Source of the DNA: Blastococcus sp.
GTDB lineage: Bacteria; Actinomycetota; Actinomycetes; Mycobacteriales; Geodermatophilaceae
Assembly: GCA_025965695.1 (NCBI GenBank)
Contig: JAOPWM010000193.1
Location: 6,093 to 70,092 of the forward strand
DNA: 64,000 bases
Reading direction: 5' to 3'
A model generated the notes under the pieces. That model saw only the letters and a list, made by a program, of their open reading frames with translations, did no database searches and was not told the origin of the DNA. Shown in pieces: positions 39,400-51,945 of this stretch (its first letter is position 1; every line of letters begins with the position of its first letter). A program made the translations under genes and the position numbers.

Positions 39400-39843
39400 C
39401 TAGACCGTCAGCCGGAGCAGCTCGAACGCGCGGTCCCAGTGCTGGGCCGATGGGTTCCGCACGTCCGGATCGAGGATCCGGAACGACCGCGCGAGCGCGA
39501 CGCCGAGACCGCCGAACACATCGGTCAGCGAATCCTCGGTCTCCTCGCCGAACGTCACGTCGTCGGGGGGACGGCGCAGGCTGCCGCGCAGCATCGCCCG
39601 GAACTCGTCGGCCACGTCGAGCTTGCCGAACTCGCGGATCCGCTCCTGCAGGCCCTTGGTGAGGGGCAGGTCCTGCGGGGCGATCACGTCGCGGCCGTTC
39701 CAGCGCGCGGCGTCGCGCGCGGCGATCGCGATGCCGTCGACCTTCTCGTCGACGAACGTCCGGAAGCGCTGCACATCCGACTTGTCCACGTCGAGCCCCG
39801 CCACCTCGCGGAAGAACCGCTCCAACTCAGCTGTCCCGGCCAT
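39400..39843 (-). CDS. DUF1931-family histone-fold protein
   Basis: ERFFREVAGLDVDKSD...A..NGRDVI.PQDLPLTKGLQE.I..F...NP...HW; GAGGAG RBS; 147 aa. Confidence 0.8.
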   Translation of the reverse strand: MAGTAELERFFREVAGLDVDKSDVQRFRTFVDEKVDGIAIAARDAARWNGRDVIAPQDLPLTKGLQERIREFGKLDVADEFRAMLRGSLRRPPDDVTFGEETEDSLTDVFGGLGVALARSFRILDPDVRNPSAQHWDRAFELLRLTV

Positions 39844-39865
39844 CTCGTCTCCTCCGCGCCCTTCC

Positions 39866-41578
39866 TCACCGGGCGGTCGCCAGGTGCTCGTGCACCATGC
39901 GGACCGCCATCGCGCCCTCGCCCACCGCCGAGGCCACCCGCTTGACCGAGCCACTGCGCACGTCGCCCGCAGCGAAGATTCCGGGCAGGCTCGTCTCGAG
40001 CAGCAGCGGCGGGGGTGCGGCGGCCGTCCCCGCGACCTGCGCGTGGCGTGCCTCCGGTCCGGTCATGATGTAGCCCCCCGCGTCGAGGGTCACCGACCCG
40101 GGCAACCACGACGTGCTGGGGACTCCCCCGATGAACACCATGAGGTCGCGCGCCGGCAGGCGCTGTCGCTCGCCGGTCATGGTGTCCTTCACGACGACCG
40201 TCTCGAGGCGCCCGCGCTCGCCCTCCAGTTCGTCGACCAGGGTGTGCAGGTACACCTCCACCCGGGGGTCCTGGGTGATCCGGTCGGCGAGGTAACGCGA
40301 CATGTTCGCGTCCAGGCTCGACTCCATGACCACCATCCGGACCTCGGCGGCGTGATCGGCGAGGAAGATCGCCGCCTGGCCGGCCGAGTTGCCCCCGCCG
40401 ACGACCACCACCGGGTCACCGACGCACTGCTGGGCCTCCACGGCGGTCGCCGCGTAGTACACGCAGGTGCCCTCGAACTGCGGCAACTGCGGGACCGGGA
40501 GCCGCCGGACCTGCACGCCGGACGCGATGATCACCGTGCGCGCGGCCATCTCCCCGCCGTCGGCGAGCCGCAGCACGTAGTTCCCGTCACGCTCCTCCAG
40601 CCCGACGACGTCGGCCGGCACGGATCGCCGGGCCCCGAACTTCTCCGCCTGCAGGACCGCGCGCTCGGCCAGCTCGCCTCCGGAGATCCCGGAGGGAAAG
40701 CCGAGGTAGTTCTCGATGCTCGACGTGCGCGCCGCCTGCCCGCCCGCCGCGACGGCGTCGAGCACCGCGGTGTCGAGGCCCTCCGAGGCGCCGTAAACGG
40801 CGGCGGCGAGGCCGGCCGGCCCGGCTCCGATCACGACCAGGTCGCAGACCTCCTCCTTCGCACCCACGTCGCGCAGCCCGAACGCCGCAGCGAGCTCGGC
40901 CGTGGACGGATTACGGAGCAGGCGGTTGCGGAAGAGCACGACCGGGGTGTCGTCGGGGCCGAGCCCGAGACCGCGGAGCAGGCGCTCCGCCGCAGGGTCG
41001 GTCTCGACGTCGACGAACCGGTGCGGCAGCCGGTTGCGGGCGGCGAACTCGCGCAGCTTCCGGGTGGTGGTGGAATACCGGGAGCCGATGATGCGGAAGC
41101 CGATCCCCTCACCGACCGCCAGCCAGCGCCGGGCCAGATAGGCACGCAGTATCTGGTCACCGAGGACGGGCTCCGCGGCCGTCAGAGCGCGCAGCCGGTC
41201 GGCCGGGACCGCCAGCACTTCCCCCGGGTCGACGACGACGCTCGCGAAGAACGACGCCTGCCCGGTCAGTACGCCCAGCTCACCGAGGAAGCGTCCCGGC
41301 CCGTGCACCCGGGCCACCCGCTGGTCGGGGGTGCCGAAGGCCTCGACCACGGCTACCCGGCCGGCGAGCAGCACGTAGAACGTGTCCTCCAGGTCGCCCT
41401 CGGCGATGAGCGTCTCGCCGCGCGTGGTGGGCCGCCGCTCCCCCCAGGCCTCCAGCGGGAGGATCTGCGCCTCCTCGAGCCGGGGGAACGCCCCATGGAG
41501 GTCGGGAGTCTCACCGTCCGGGACCTCTGCGAGGAGATCCTCGACGCTCGTGCTGCCCGCATCAGCGGAAGCGGTCAC
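39866..41578 (-). CDS. cNMP-binding domain fused to a thioredoxin reductase-like FAD oxidoreductase
   Basis: N-terminal cNMP domain (GEL); GAGPAG, IENYLGFP, GGGNSAGQ, TSLPGIFAAGD, AVGEG. Confidence 0.88.
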   Translation of the reverse strand: MTASADAGSTSVEDLLAEVPDGETPDLHGAFPRLEEAQILPLEAWGERRPTTRGETLIAEGDLEDTFYVLLAGRVAVVEAFGTPDQRVARVHGPGRFLGELGVLTGQASFFASVVVDPGEVLAVPADRLRALTAAEPVLGDQILRAYLARRWLAVGEGIGFRIIGSRYSTTTRKLREFAARNRLPHRFVDVETDPAAERLLRGLGLGPDDTPVVLFRNRLLRNPSTAELAAAFGLRDVGAKEEVCDLVVIGAGPAGLAAAVYGASEGLDTAVLDAVAAGGQAARTSSIENYLGFPSGISGGELAERAVLQAEKFGARRSVPADVVGLEERDGNYVLRLADGGEMAARTVIIASGVQVRRLPVPQLPQFEGTCVYYAATAVEAQQCVGDPVVVVGGGNSAGQAAIFLADHAAEVRMVVMESSLDANMSRYLADRITQDPRVEVYLHTLVDELEGERGRLETVVVKDTMTGERQRLPARDLMVFIGGVPSTSWLPGSVTLDAGGYIMTGPEARHAQVAGTAAAPPPLLLETSLPGIFAAGDVRSGSVKRVASAVGEGAMAVRMVHEHLATAR

Positions 41579-41850
41579 GCGAAGGCCTCGTCGACGAAGC
41601 ACCAACGCCAGTCCTCGCCCGGCTGGAACGACCGGACGACGGGGTGACCGACCAGCCCCGCGTGCTTGCGGGCGTGCCGATTCGGCGAGGAGTCGCAGCA
41701 TCCGACGTGCCCGCAGGTCAGGCACAGCCGCAGGTGGACCCAGGGCGAGCCGAGTTGCAGGCACTCCTCACAACCCCCGGGTGTGCGGGGCACGACGTCG
41801 TCGCGGGCGAACACCAGGTGCGGGTCGGGGCCGACCCGGGTGGTCGTCAT
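41575..41850 (-). CDS. UBP-type zinc finger protein
   Basis: CEEC...LRLCLTCGHVGCCDSS..RHA..H...W.WC. Confidence 0.9.
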   Translation of the reverse strand: MTTTRVGPDPHLVFARDDVVPRTPGGCEECLQLGSPWVHLRLCLTCGHVGCCDSSPNRHARKHAGLVGHPVVRSFQPGEDWRWCFVDEAFA

Positions 41851-42311
41851 GACGGCTGCCCGCCCTGTGCGCCGAGTGCACCGTCCAGCCAGCTGCGCAA
41901 CGCCGGTTCCGGGGCCGCCCCCGGTTGCCGGGCGAGCAGCTCACCCTGGCGCAGCACCATGAGGGTCGGTACGGCGCGCACCTCGAACCGCTGGGACAGC
42001 CGGGGGGCGGCGTCGACGTCGACCTTCACCAACTTGAGGTCGCCGGCCCGCTCGGTGGCCAGGCGTTCGAGGGCCGGGCTGACCATCCGGCAGGGCCCGC
42101 ACCAGGTCGCCCACAGGTCCACGAGGACCGGGACGGGGGCGCGCTCGGCGATCTCGGCGAAGTCGTCGTCCCCCGCGTCCGCGATCCACGGCAGCGCCTG
42201 GTGGCAGTTGCCGCACCTGGGGACGCTGTCGGCCGCGGCCGGCACCCGGTTGCGCTTCCCGCAGTTCGCGCAGGTGACGATGCTCGTCCGCGCGGTCGTC
42301 GGCGCGCTCAT
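41847..42311 (-). CDS. trxC: Thioredoxin with N-terminal zinc ribbon (Trx2/TrxC type)
   Basis: CANC...CGNC and WCGPC. Confidence 0.88.
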   Translation of the reverse strand: MSAPTTARTSIVTCANCGKRNRVPAAADSVPRCGNCHQALPWIADAGDDDFAEIAERAPVPVLVDLWATWCGPCRMVSPALERLATERAGDLKLVKVDVDAAPRLSQRFEVRAVPTLMVLRQGELLARQPGAAPEPALRSWLDGALGAQGGQPS

Positions 42312-44932
42312 GCCTGGGCTCCCACCGATTGGTGCGTGACGACCAGCCGGTCGTCGACCACCTCGACCCGCACGGTGGAGCCCTCGATCGCGCCGTCACG
42401 CAACAGCGCCCGGGCGACCTGGGTCTCCACCTCCTTCGCGATGAACCGGCGCAGCGGCCGCGCGCCGTAGACGGGGTCGTAGCCCTCCCGGGCGATGAAG
42501 CGCTTGGCCTCCTCGGTGATCTGCACCGTGATGTTGCGTTCGGCGAGCCGGACGCGCAGGTCGGCGAGCATCAGCTCGACGATGTTCTCGATCTCACCCG
42601 GGTTCAGCGGCGTGAACAGCACGGTGTCGTCGACCCGGTTGAGGAACTCGGGCCGGAAGTGTCCCCGCAGCTCGACCATGACCAGGTCACGCGCGTCGGG
42701 CTTGAGCTGGCCGTCGGCGGTCACGCCGTCGAGCAGGTACTGCGAGCCGATGTTCGACGTCATGATGATCACCGTGTTGCGGAAGTCGACGGTGCGACCC
42801 TGCGCGTCGGTGAGCCGGCCGTCGTCGAGGACCTGCAGCAACGTGTTGAAGACGTCCGGGTGCGCCTTCTCGATCTCGTCGAAGAGGACGACGGCGTAGG
42901 GACGGCGGCGCACGGCCTCGGTGAGCTGCCCGCCCTCCTCGTAGCCCACGTAACCGGGCGGAGCGCCGACCAGGCGCGACACGGTGTGCCGCTCCTGGTA
43001 CTCGCTCATGTCGAGCCGGACGATGTTGTCCTCGGAGTCGAACAGCGCCTCCGCCAGCGCCTTGGCCAGCTCCGTCTTCCCGACCCCGGTCGGGCCCAGG
43101 AAGATGAAGGAGCCGGTCGGCCGGCGCGGGTCCTTGACCCCGGAACGGGCCCGGATGATCGCGTCCGCGACCGCCTGCACCGCCTCGTCCTGGCCGACGA
43201 CCCTCCGGTGCAGCACCTCGTCGAGGCGCAGCAGCTTCTCCCGCTCCCCTTCGGTCAGGCGGGAGACCGGGATGCCGGTCCAGACCGAGACGATCTCAGC
43301 GATCTCCTCGGCGGTGACCACCTCGCGAAGCAGCCGGTGCTCGCCCTGTTTCTCGCTGAGCCGGTGCTCCTCGGCGTCGAGCTTGCGTTCCAGGTCGGCC
43401 AGTCTGCTGAAGCGGAGCTCGGCGGCGCGGTTGAGGTCGTAGGCACGCTCCGCCTCACCGATCTCGTGGCGGACCTGTTCCAGCTCCGCGCGCAGGTCCT
43501 GGACCCGCTTGATCGCCTGTCGCTCGGCGTTCCACTGCGCGCGCATGGCGTCGGCCTCGCCGCGCAGGTCGGCCAGTTCGCGGCGCAACTGGTCCAGCCG
43601 CGCGATGGAGGCCGCGTCGTCCTCCTGGGCGAGCGCGGCCTCCTCGATCTCCAGCCGCATCACCCTGCGGGTGATCTCGTCGAGCTCGGCGGGCATGGAG
43701 TCGATCTCGGTGCGCAGCCGGGCGCAGGCCTCGTCGACGAGGTCGATGGCCTTGTCGGGCAGGAACCGGTCGGTCAGGTAGCGATGGCTCAACGTCGCCG
43801 CCGCGATCAGCGAGCCGTCGAGGATCCGGACGCCGTGGAACACCTCGAACCGCTCGCGCAGGCCGCGCAGGATCGAGACCGCGTCCTCGACGGTCGGCTC
43901 GTCGACGAAGACGGGCTGGAAGCGGCGCTCGAGTGCGGCATCCTTCTCGATGTACTTGCGGTACTCGGTGAGCGTGGTCGCGCCGATCATGTGCAGCTCA
44001 CCGCGGGCGAGCATCGGCTTGAGCATGTTGCCGGCGTCCATCGAGCCCTCGGATGCGCCGGCCCCGACGACGTTGTGCAACTCGTCGATGAACAGCAGGA
44101 TGCGGCCCTCGGCGGCCTTCACCTCGGTCAGGACCGCCTGGAGACGTTCCTCGAACTCGCCGCGGTACTTCGCCCCCGCGATGAGCAGGCCCATGTCGAG
44201 GGAGAAGATCGTGCGGTCGCGGAGCCCTTCGGGAACGTCGCCGTTGAGGATGCGCTGGGCCAGGCCTTCGACGATGGCGGTCTTGCCGACACCGGGCTCA
44301 CCGAGCAGCACGGGATTGTTCTTGGACTTGCGGGACAGGATCTGGACGACGCGGCGGATCTCGGCGTCGCGGCCGATCACCGGGTCCAGGCGCCCGGAGC
44401 GGGCGGACTCCACCAGGTCCATCCCGTACTTGGTGAGCGCCTCGTAGGAGCCTTCCGGGGTGGCGGAGGTGACCCGCTGGTTGCCGCGAACCTGCGTCAG
44501 CGCGGCCAGGAACGCGTCACGGGTGACGCCGTGCTTCGCGAGCACTCGCCCGGCCCCGGTCGCCGACCCCTCCTCGGCCAGCGCGACGAGCAGGTGCTCG
44601 ACCGACACGTATTCGTCCTTCATCCGCTTGGCCTCGCGCTCGGCGGCCTCGATCACCCGCGCCAGCCGAGAAGTCACCGACACCTGCCCCGGCTGGGGAC
44701 CCGCACGGGTGGTGCGCGGTTTGCGCGCGAGCTCACTCTCGAGGTCCCTGCGCAGCGCCGTCCCATCGACGCCCATGCCGCCCAGCAGGCGCCCGACCAG
44801 ACCGTCGTCCTGGTCGATCAGCGCGAGCAGCAGGTGCTCACCGTCGACCTCCGTGTGGCCGGCGCGGGTCGCCAGATCCTGTGCCTCGGACAGCGCCTGC
44901 TGTGACTTCTTGGTCAGGCGGTTCAAGTCCAT
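42308..44932 (-). CDS. clpB: ATP-dependent disaggregase ClpB
   Basis: Two AAA domains ([16 protein letters not shown]) and a coiled-coil M-domain; 874 aa. Confidence 0.95.
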   Translation of the reverse strand: MDLNRLTKKSQQALSEAQDLATRAGHTEVDGEHLLLALIDQDDGLVGRLLGGMGVDGTALRRDLESELARKPRTTRAGPQPGQVSVTSRLARVIEAAEREAKRMKDEYVSVEHLLVALAEEGSATGAGRVLAKHGVTRDAFLAALTQVRGNQRVTSATPEGSYEALTKYGMDLVESARSGRLDPVIGRDAEIRRVVQILSRKSKNNPVLLGEPGVGKTAIVEGLAQRILNGDVPEGLRDRTIFSLDMGLLIAGAKYRGEFEERLQAVLTEVKAAEGRILLFIDELHNVVGAGASEGSMDAGNMLKPMLARGELHMIGATTLTEYRKYIEKDAALERRFQPVFVDEPTVEDAVSILRGLRERFEVFHGVRILDGSLIAAATLSHRYLTDRFLPDKAIDLVDEACARLRTEIDSMPAELDEITRRVMRLEIEEAALAQEDDAASIARLDQLRRELADLRGEADAMRAQWNAERQAIKRVQDLRAELEQVRHEIGEAERAYDLNRAAELRFSRLADLERKLDAEEHRLSEKQGEHRLLREVVTAEEIAEIVSVWTGIPVSRLTEGEREKLLRLDEVLHRRVVGQDEAVQAVADAIIRARSGVKDPRRPTGSFIFLGPTGVGKTELAKALAEALFDSEDNIVRLDMSEYQERHTVSRLVGAPPGYVGYEEGGQLTEAVRRRPYAVVLFDEIEKAHPDVFNTLLQVLDDGRLTDAQGRTVDFRNTVIIMTSNIGSQYLLDGVTADGQLKPDARDLVMVELRGHFRPEFLNRVDDTVLFTPLNPGEIENIVELMLADLRVRLAERNITVQITEEAKRFIAREGYDPVYGARPLRRFIAKEVETQVARALLRDGAIEGSTVRVEVVDDRLVVTHQSVGAQA

Positions 44933-45309
44933 CGCGTGCTCCGCTTCTGGTCGCTGGGAATGGTCTGCCGGTCCGCGGTCCGCGGACGCACGGGTTCGGT
45001 TCGTCCCCGGACGCGCAGGGCGGTCTCCAGCTCGGTGATCCGGTCGAGCAGTTCGACGACGAGCCCGAGCGCGGCGTAGTTCAGCGGCAGCGTCGTCCTC
45101 AGCCGCTGCAGCCGGGCGACGACGGCGACCTGCGAGGGGCTGAACCGCAGCGCGCCGTCGTCGCCGTGCACCGCCTCCACCAGGCCGAGTGCCACGAGCC
45201 GGCGGACCAGGTCGGGGTGCAGGCCGCAGCGGCGGGCGAACATCGCCTGGTCCAGGAGCGCGCGGGCGGAGGCCCGCTGGTACGGAACGGGCAGGTACTG
45301 GAGGCTCAT
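44923..45309 (-). CDS. cbpM: Chaperone modulator CbpM-like (MerR-type)
   Basis: [20 protein letters not shown]...RLR..L.LN...V.ELLDRI; directly after a zinc-finger-less J protein. Confidence 0.75.
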   Translation of the reverse strand: MSLQYLPVPYQRASARALLDQAMFARRCGLHPDLVRRLVALGLVEAVHGDDGALRFSPSQVAVVARLQRLRTTLPLNYAALGLVVELLDRITELETALRVRGRTEPVRPRTADRQTIPSDQKRSTRWT

Positions 45310-46301
45310 CGGCTTCCCCTCGCCTCGGCGGCGGCCGGGCTTCGTGGATCGAACGTGGACACCGAGGCGAGCTCGGAGAACAGCTCCCGCTCCCGGTCGG
45401 TGAGTCGCCGGGGAACCATGATCTTGATGACGGCATGCAGGTCTCCGGGCTTGCCGCGGGGGGCGGGCATGCCCTCCCCCCGCAGCCGGAGCCGGCGTCC
45501 GGTGGAGGAACCCGCCGGAACGGTCACCTTCGTCTCCCCGCCGGGTGTCAGGACCGGGACCGTGGCGCCGAGCGCGGCCTCCCACGGGGAGAGCGGCAGA
45601 TCGACCGTGATGTCCTTGCCCTCCACGCGGTAGCGCGGGTGCGGCTGCAACCGCACCACGAGGTAGAGATCCCCGGCGTCGCCGTTCCCCAGGCCGCGGC
45701 CGCCCTCCCCCGCCAGCCTGATCCGCCTGCCGTCCGTCACGCCGGGCGGGATGTTCACCGTGTACGTACGTGGGCCGTCCGGGCCGTTGAGGGTGATCTG
45801 CCTGCGGCCCCCGCGGTAGGCCTCTTCCACCGTGAGCGGGAGCTCGGCCTCCTGGTCCGCGCCCGCCACCGGGCCCGCCCGGCCGCGGCCGCGGCCACCG
45901 AACATCCCGCCGAGCAGGTCCTCGATGTCCACTCCCTCGAAGCCGCCACCGAACCCGCCGCCGAAGCCTGCGCCGCCGCCAGCGTCGCCGCCCCCCGGCC
46001 AGGAGGCGGTGCGACCCCGCGCGGACCTGCCGCGGGCGCTCCCCGCGCCCGCGCCGACGCGCTCCTCCCAGTCCTCGGGCACCCGCCGGTAGTCCTCGCC
46101 GAAGCGGTCGTACTTCTTGCGCAACTCCGGGTCGGACAGCGCGGAATAGGCCTCGTTGATCTCCTTGAAGCGCTCCTCCGCGCCCGGGTCCTTGTTGATG
46201 TCGGGATGGTTCGCCCGGGCCAGCCGCCGGTACGCCTGCTGCAGCTCCTCGGGACTTGCATCACGCGACACCCCGAGGACGTCGTAGTAGTCACGGGCCA
46301 C
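45306..46301 (-). CDS. dnaJ: DnaJ/CbpA-type J-domain co-chaperone (no zinc finger)
   Basis: DYY.VLGV, HPD, G/F-rich linker, DnaJ_C; CxxCxGxG repeats absent. Confidence 0.88.
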   Translation of the reverse strand: MARDYYDVLGVSRDASPEELQQAYRRLARANHPDINKDPGAEERFKEINEAYSALSDPELRKKYDRFGEDYRRVPEDWEERVGAGAGSARGRSARGRTASWPGGGDAGGGAGFGGGFGGGFEGVDIEDLLGGMFGGRGRGRAGPVAGADQEAELPLTVEEAYRGGRRQITLNGPDGPRTYTVNIPPGVTDGRRIRLAGEGGRGLGNGDAGDLYLVVRLQPHPRYRVEGKDITVDLPLSPWEAALGATVPVLTPGGETKVTVPAGSSTGRRLRLRGEGMPAPRGKPGDLHAVIKIMVPRRLTDRERELFSELASVSTFDPRSPAAAEARGSR

Positions 46302-46304
46302 CGG

Positions 46305-46877
46305 TCAGTCCCCGGAACGTTGCGCCACGGTGACCGCGGCGGGCCGCAGCTGACGGCCCGGAGCGCCGTAGCCGGGCCGGAGCACCGCGGCCACGGAACC
46401 CGGCGGCACCCCGCTGCTGTCGGCGTCCACCACGCCCACCACCTCGTGGCGAGCCGGGTCGAAGGGCACTCCGGCGTCGTCCTCCCGGCCGAAGCCGAGC
46501 CCGGTCACCACGGCGAGTGCCTGTTCGCGCAGCGAGCGGACACCCTCCACGATCGCCTGGGGGTCGGCGCCGGCGTGCTCGAGCGCGCGGTCGATGGTGT
46601 CGAGGACCGGCAGGAAGGCGGCCGTCACGAGCTCCCGTTCGGCAGCTCGCTCACGCCCGATTTCCCGCGCGTAGCGCTTGCGCAGGTTGTCGAGGTCGGC
46701 GACCGCACGACGCCAGCGGTCCTCGAGCTCGGCAGCGTCGGGTCCCTCCATGGGCGGGGCCTCGGCGACTCCGCCGGACGGCGCGGCCCGGGCCTCGATC
46801 GCGCCGGTCGGCGTCTCCACCGGGATCTCCTGCTCGACCGCCGTGCCGGTCGGCCGGTTCGGTCCGGGGTCGGTCAT
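46305..46877 (-). CDS. grpE: Nucleotide exchange factor GrpE
   Basis: RAVADLDNLRKR, FDPARHE, RPGY, LRPAAV.V. Confidence 0.92.
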   Translation of the reverse strand: MTDPGPNRPTGTAVEQEIPVETPTGAIEARAAPSGGVAEAPPMEGPDAAELEDRWRRAVADLDNLRKRYAREIGRERAAERELVTAAFLPVLDTIDRALEHAGADPQAIVEGVRSLREQALAVVTGLGFGREDDAGVPFDPARHEVVGVVDADSSGVPPGSVAAVLRPGYGAPGRQLRPAAVTVAQRSGD

Positions 46878-46885
46878 CGCACGCC

Positions 46886-48769
<1,884 letters not shown>

Positions 48770-48770
48770 G

Positions 48771-49298
48771 TCAGGTCGCCGATCCGAGCAGCTGGACGGC
48801 CCGGTCGGCCACCTCGTCGTCGACGACCAGCTCGTAGCGCTGGGGAAGCACGGCCATCACCGACGTGAAGTCGCGACGGCCGCCCGTCATCGCATGGACG
48901 ATCAGCCCCATGATGGCGCCGATCAATGCCCCGATGAGCAGCCCGTAGAGGGCGAGCAGGACGCTGCTGACCAGGGGGTCGGCCCAGCTGAAGAGGCCGA
49001 AGAGCCAGCCGATCAACACGCCCGGGACCGCTCCGCTGAGTGCGCCCCGCCAGGCTGCGCCCCAGTAGTCCAGCTTCCCCGTGACCTGCTCGACGGTCTG
49101 CAGGTCCTGGCCGAGGACCGCCACCCGTTCGACGGGGAAATTCAGGTCGGCGAGCCGGTCGACGGCCCGCTCCGCCTCCGCATACGTGGCGAAGGAGGCA
49201 ACGGTGCGGCGCGCGAAGCGGCCCGGACCCTCAGGGCTCCCGGGCGACCATGGGCTGCCGGAGCCGCGCGCACGCGGCCCTGCGGTGGGTGTGGTCAT
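48771..49298 (-). CDS. General stress protein 17M-like membrane protein
   Basis: [23 protein letters not shown]..., Gly-rich TM hairpin, GRRDFTS. Confidence 0.8.
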   Translation of the reverse strand: MTTPTAGPRARGSGSPWSPGSPEGPGRFARRTVASFATYAEAERAVDRLADLNFPVERVAVLGQDLQTVEQVTGKLDYWGAAWRGALSGAVPGVLIGWLFGLFSWADPLVSSVLLALYGLLIGALIGAIMGLIVHAMTGGRRDFTSVMAVLPQRYELVVDDEVADRAVQLLGSAT

Positions 49299-49459
49299 GA
49301 AGGCTCCCGCTTCAGAAGGGGGTCGATCAGCCGGCCGCCGCAACGGCGCGGCGATCCGGTCGCGGTCGTGGGATGAGCGCCACTGGGGGCGCCGGTGGAA
49401 CCGACGTCGATGAGCAACCGGCGGGCGGACTCGCCGGAGGGACGCTCGTCGAAGGTCAC
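49295..49459 (-). CDS. Putative 54-aa leader/small protein
   Basis: GGAGG RBS before GTG; stop overlaps the next ATG (ATGA). Confidence 0.35.
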   Translation of the reverse strand: MTFDERPSGESARRLLIDVGSTGAPSGAHPTTATGSPRRCGGRLIDPLLKREPS

Positions 49460-49616
49460 GGGGATTCCTCCCAGTGGGATGGGGTCGGTGGAGCGCACCG
49501 ACCGTTCCAGCGCCGCCGACGCGGCGCACCGGCCCCCCGGGTGCAACCTCACCCGACCTGTTCGGCCCGGCAGGTTCAGAGGACACGGGGGCTGCAGTGA
49601 GGCACCGCGGCCGCAC

Positions 49617-49856
49617 TCAGACGCGAGGGGCCAGCTCGTACACGGGCCCCAGATCGGTTCCGCTGGTGTCCGGTACCTCGTGCAGGATCTTCGGTTCGGT
49701 GTGCAGCAGCCGGTGGACGGCCTCCCGGGTCTCCTCCAGGCTCAGGCCCACGGAACGGGCGATGTCCTGCAGCCGTGGGGAGCTGCGCTCGCCTTCCGAC
49801 TCGGCGACCGCGCGGTACACCTCGGCGTCGACCCCGGCCAGTTCCTCCACGCGCAT
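49617..49856 (-). CDS. Small winged-HTH-like hypothetical protein
   Basis: GGAGG RBS; LQDIARSVGLSLEETREAVHRLL. Confidence 0.65.
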   Translation of the reverse strand: MRVEELAGVDAEVYRAVAESEGERSSPRLQDIARSVGLSLEETREAVHRLLHTEPKILHEVPDTSGTDLGPVYELAPRV

Positions 49857-50040
49857 AGGGCCTCCCTGTCTGCGGCCGCTCCCGTTCAGGACGAACGACG
49901 GACGTACGGCCGGTGCAGTGACGCGCAGACCCGGCGGGAGCCGCCGGAGCGGCCCGGAACGGTCGGCGCAAGGCCCGGCGGCGCGGCCGGACACAGCAGC
50001 CGCAGCGTGCCGCCCGACCGCGTCCGGCCGTGATCCCCGA

Positions 50041-50619
50041 TCACCGGGAGCCACCGCCGGCACCGGCGGACTGCGGCGCCCGGGAGAACTCCGCGACGAT
50101 CCGCTCGCAGAACGCGGGCAGGTCGTCCGGCGAGCGGCTCGTGGTGAGGTTCCCGTCGGTGACGACCTGCTCGTCCACCACATCCGCGCCGGCGTTGCGC
50201 AGATCAGTACGCAGGCTCGGCCAGGAGGTCAGCCGCCGGCCGCCGACGACGCCGGCCTCGACGAGGGTCCACGGCCCGTGGCAGATGGCGGCGACGGGCT
50301 TGCCGGATGCGACGAAGGCACGGACGAAGTCCACAGCGACGGGCTCCATGCGCAACTTGTCCGGGTTGACCGTGCCCCCGGGCAACAGGAGTGCGTCGTA
50401 CTCGTCGGTCGATGCGGCACCGACCAGGCGGTCCACCCCGAAGGTTCCGGCGTCCTCCAGGTCGTGGTTGCGCGCCAGGATCTCCCCGCTCTTGATGGAG
50501 ACGACGTCCGTGCGCGCGCCCGCGTCGTCGAGTGCCTGCCGGGGCTGCTCGAGCTCCACGCGCTCGACGCCGTCGGTGGCCAGGATCGCGACCCGTCGTC
50601 CGTTCAGTTCCCCGGCCAT
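50041..50619 (-). CDS. pfpI: PfpI/DJ-1 family (type 1 glutamine amidotransferase-like) protein
   Basis: DGVE..EL, PGG..NPD.LR, AICHGPW, TSR.PDDL. Confidence 0.9.
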   Translation of the reverse strand: MAGELNGRRVAILATDGVERVELEQPRQALDDAGARTDVVSIKSGEILARNHDLEDAGTFGVDRLVGAASTDEYDALLLPGGTVNPDKLRMEPVAVDFVRAFVASGKPVAAICHGPWTLVEAGVVGGRRLTSWPSLRTDLRNAGADVVDEQVVTDGNLTTSRSPDDLPAFCERIVAEFSRAPQSAGAGGGSR

Positions 50620-50620
50620 G

Positions 50621-51772
50621 TCAACCCGCCATGGCGGGCTTGAGGACGACCTTGGTCCAGCCGTCGTCGCGGTTGTCGAAGTGCTCGTAGGCCTCCGGGG
50701 CTCGGCCGAGGGGCAGTTCGTGGCTGACGATGAACGACGGCTCTGCCTTGCCCGCGGCGATGAGGTCCCGCAGCGCTCTGTTGTACCGCTTGATCGGCGC
50801 CTGGCCGCTGCCCATCTTCTGGCCCTTGAACCAGAACATGCCGTAGTCGAAGGCGACCTGGCCCTTCTTGGCCAGCTCGTCCTTCGCGCCCGGGTCCTCG
50901 GGAACGAACACCCCGACCACACCGATGGTGCCGGTGAACCGCACCGAGGAAACCAGGCGGTTGAGCGTCAGGTTGGGGTGCTCCTCGCCGCCGGGGTCGT
51001 GCGCCTGGTAACCGACGCACTCGCACCCGTTGTCCGCGCCCAGGCCCATCGTCTGCTCGAGCACCGCCTGCACGGGGTCGACCTTCGAGTCGTCGATGGC
51101 GATCGCACCGATGGACTCGGCCAGCCGCAGCCGGTCGGGGTGGCGGTCGACGACCATGACCTTGCCGGCGCCGCGGATGGTCGCCGAGAGCGCGGCCATC
51201 AGGCCGACCGGTCCGGCGCCGTAGATCACCGTCTGGTCGCCGGGCTTGACGTCGGCCATCTCGGTCGCGTGGTAACCCGTCGGGAAGATGTCGGCGAGCA
51301 TCACGTAGTCGCTTGCGCGCTCGTCGGCGTCCTCGCCGAGCCGGAGGCAGTTGAAATCGCCCCACGGCACCCGCAGCAGCTCGGCCTGGCCACCGGCCCA
51401 CGGCCCCATGTCGGCGAAGCCGTAGGCGGCGCCGGCCATCGACGGCTCGGGCTGGGCGGTGAGGCAGTAGTTGGTCAGCCCCCGCTCGCAGTTCTTGCAG
51501 TGGCCGCACGCCACGTTGAACGGCAGCACGACCCGTTCGCCGACCTTGACCTTGTCCACGCCGTCGCCCACCTCGACGACCTCGCCCATGTTCTCGTGCC
51601 CGAACCAGCGCCCCGTCTCGAAGTCCGTTCGTCCCTCGTACATGTGCAGGTCGGACCCGCAGATGTTCGTGGTCGTGATCCGCACCAGCACGTCGGTCGA
51701 CCGTTCGATCCGGGCGTCCGGAACATCCTTGACGCTGACCGTGCGGGGCCCCTCATAGACAACAGCCTTCAC
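50621..51772 (-). CDS. Glutathione-independent formaldehyde dehydrogenase (Zn-MDR)
   Basis: NICGSDLHMY, GHE, CGHCKNC...C, LADIFPTG, ECVGYQA. Confidence 0.88.
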   Translation of the reverse strand: MKAVVYEGPRTVSVKDVPDARIERSTDVLVRITTTNICGSDLHMYEGRTDFETGRWFGHENMGEVVEVGDGVDKVKVGERVVLPFNVACGHCKNCERGLTNYCLTAQPEPSMAGAAYGFADMGPWAGGQAELLRVPWGDFNCLRLGEDADERASDYVMLADIFPTGYHATEMADVKPGDQTVIYGAGPVGLMAALSATIRGAGKVMVVDRHPDRLRLAESIGAIAIDDSKVDPVQAVLEQTMGLGADNGCECVGYQAHDPGGEEHPNLTLNRLVSSVRFTGTIGVVGVFVPEDPGAKDELAKKGQVAFDYGMFWFKGQKMGSGQAPIKRYNRALRDLIAAGKAEPSFIVSHELPLGRAPEAYEHFDNRDDGWTKVVLKPAMAG

Positions 51773-51834
51773 AATTCCTCCTACACCGCTGCGTCGGCCG
51801 CCGTGGAGGCCGGCTCCCGCACCGAGCGAGGCGA

Positions 51835-51866
51835 CGCATCCTGATTGAGACGGCGCATCCTGATTG
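51835..51866. repeat. 13-bp direct repeat upstream of the formaldehyde dehydrogenase gene
   Basis: cgcatcctgattg at 51835-51847 and 51854-51866. Confidence 0.7.
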
Positions 51867-51945
51867 CAGTCCGGCGCACGGCAGGTGCGCATCGGCAGAC
51901 ATGCCGATCCGTGCCCGCCTCACCCTGCCCCGGCCGGCCAGAGCC

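Noticed and set aside
44923-45309. HspR repressor
   Set aside because: Sequence and position after a zinc-finger-less J protein fit CbpM better, and no HAIR operator was seen; not fully excluded
42308-45436. 1042-aa ClpB with an N-terminal extension (ClpG/ClpK-like)
   Set aside because: The extension is Arg/Pro-rich out-of-frame cbpM sequence; the real start is MDLNRLT at 44932
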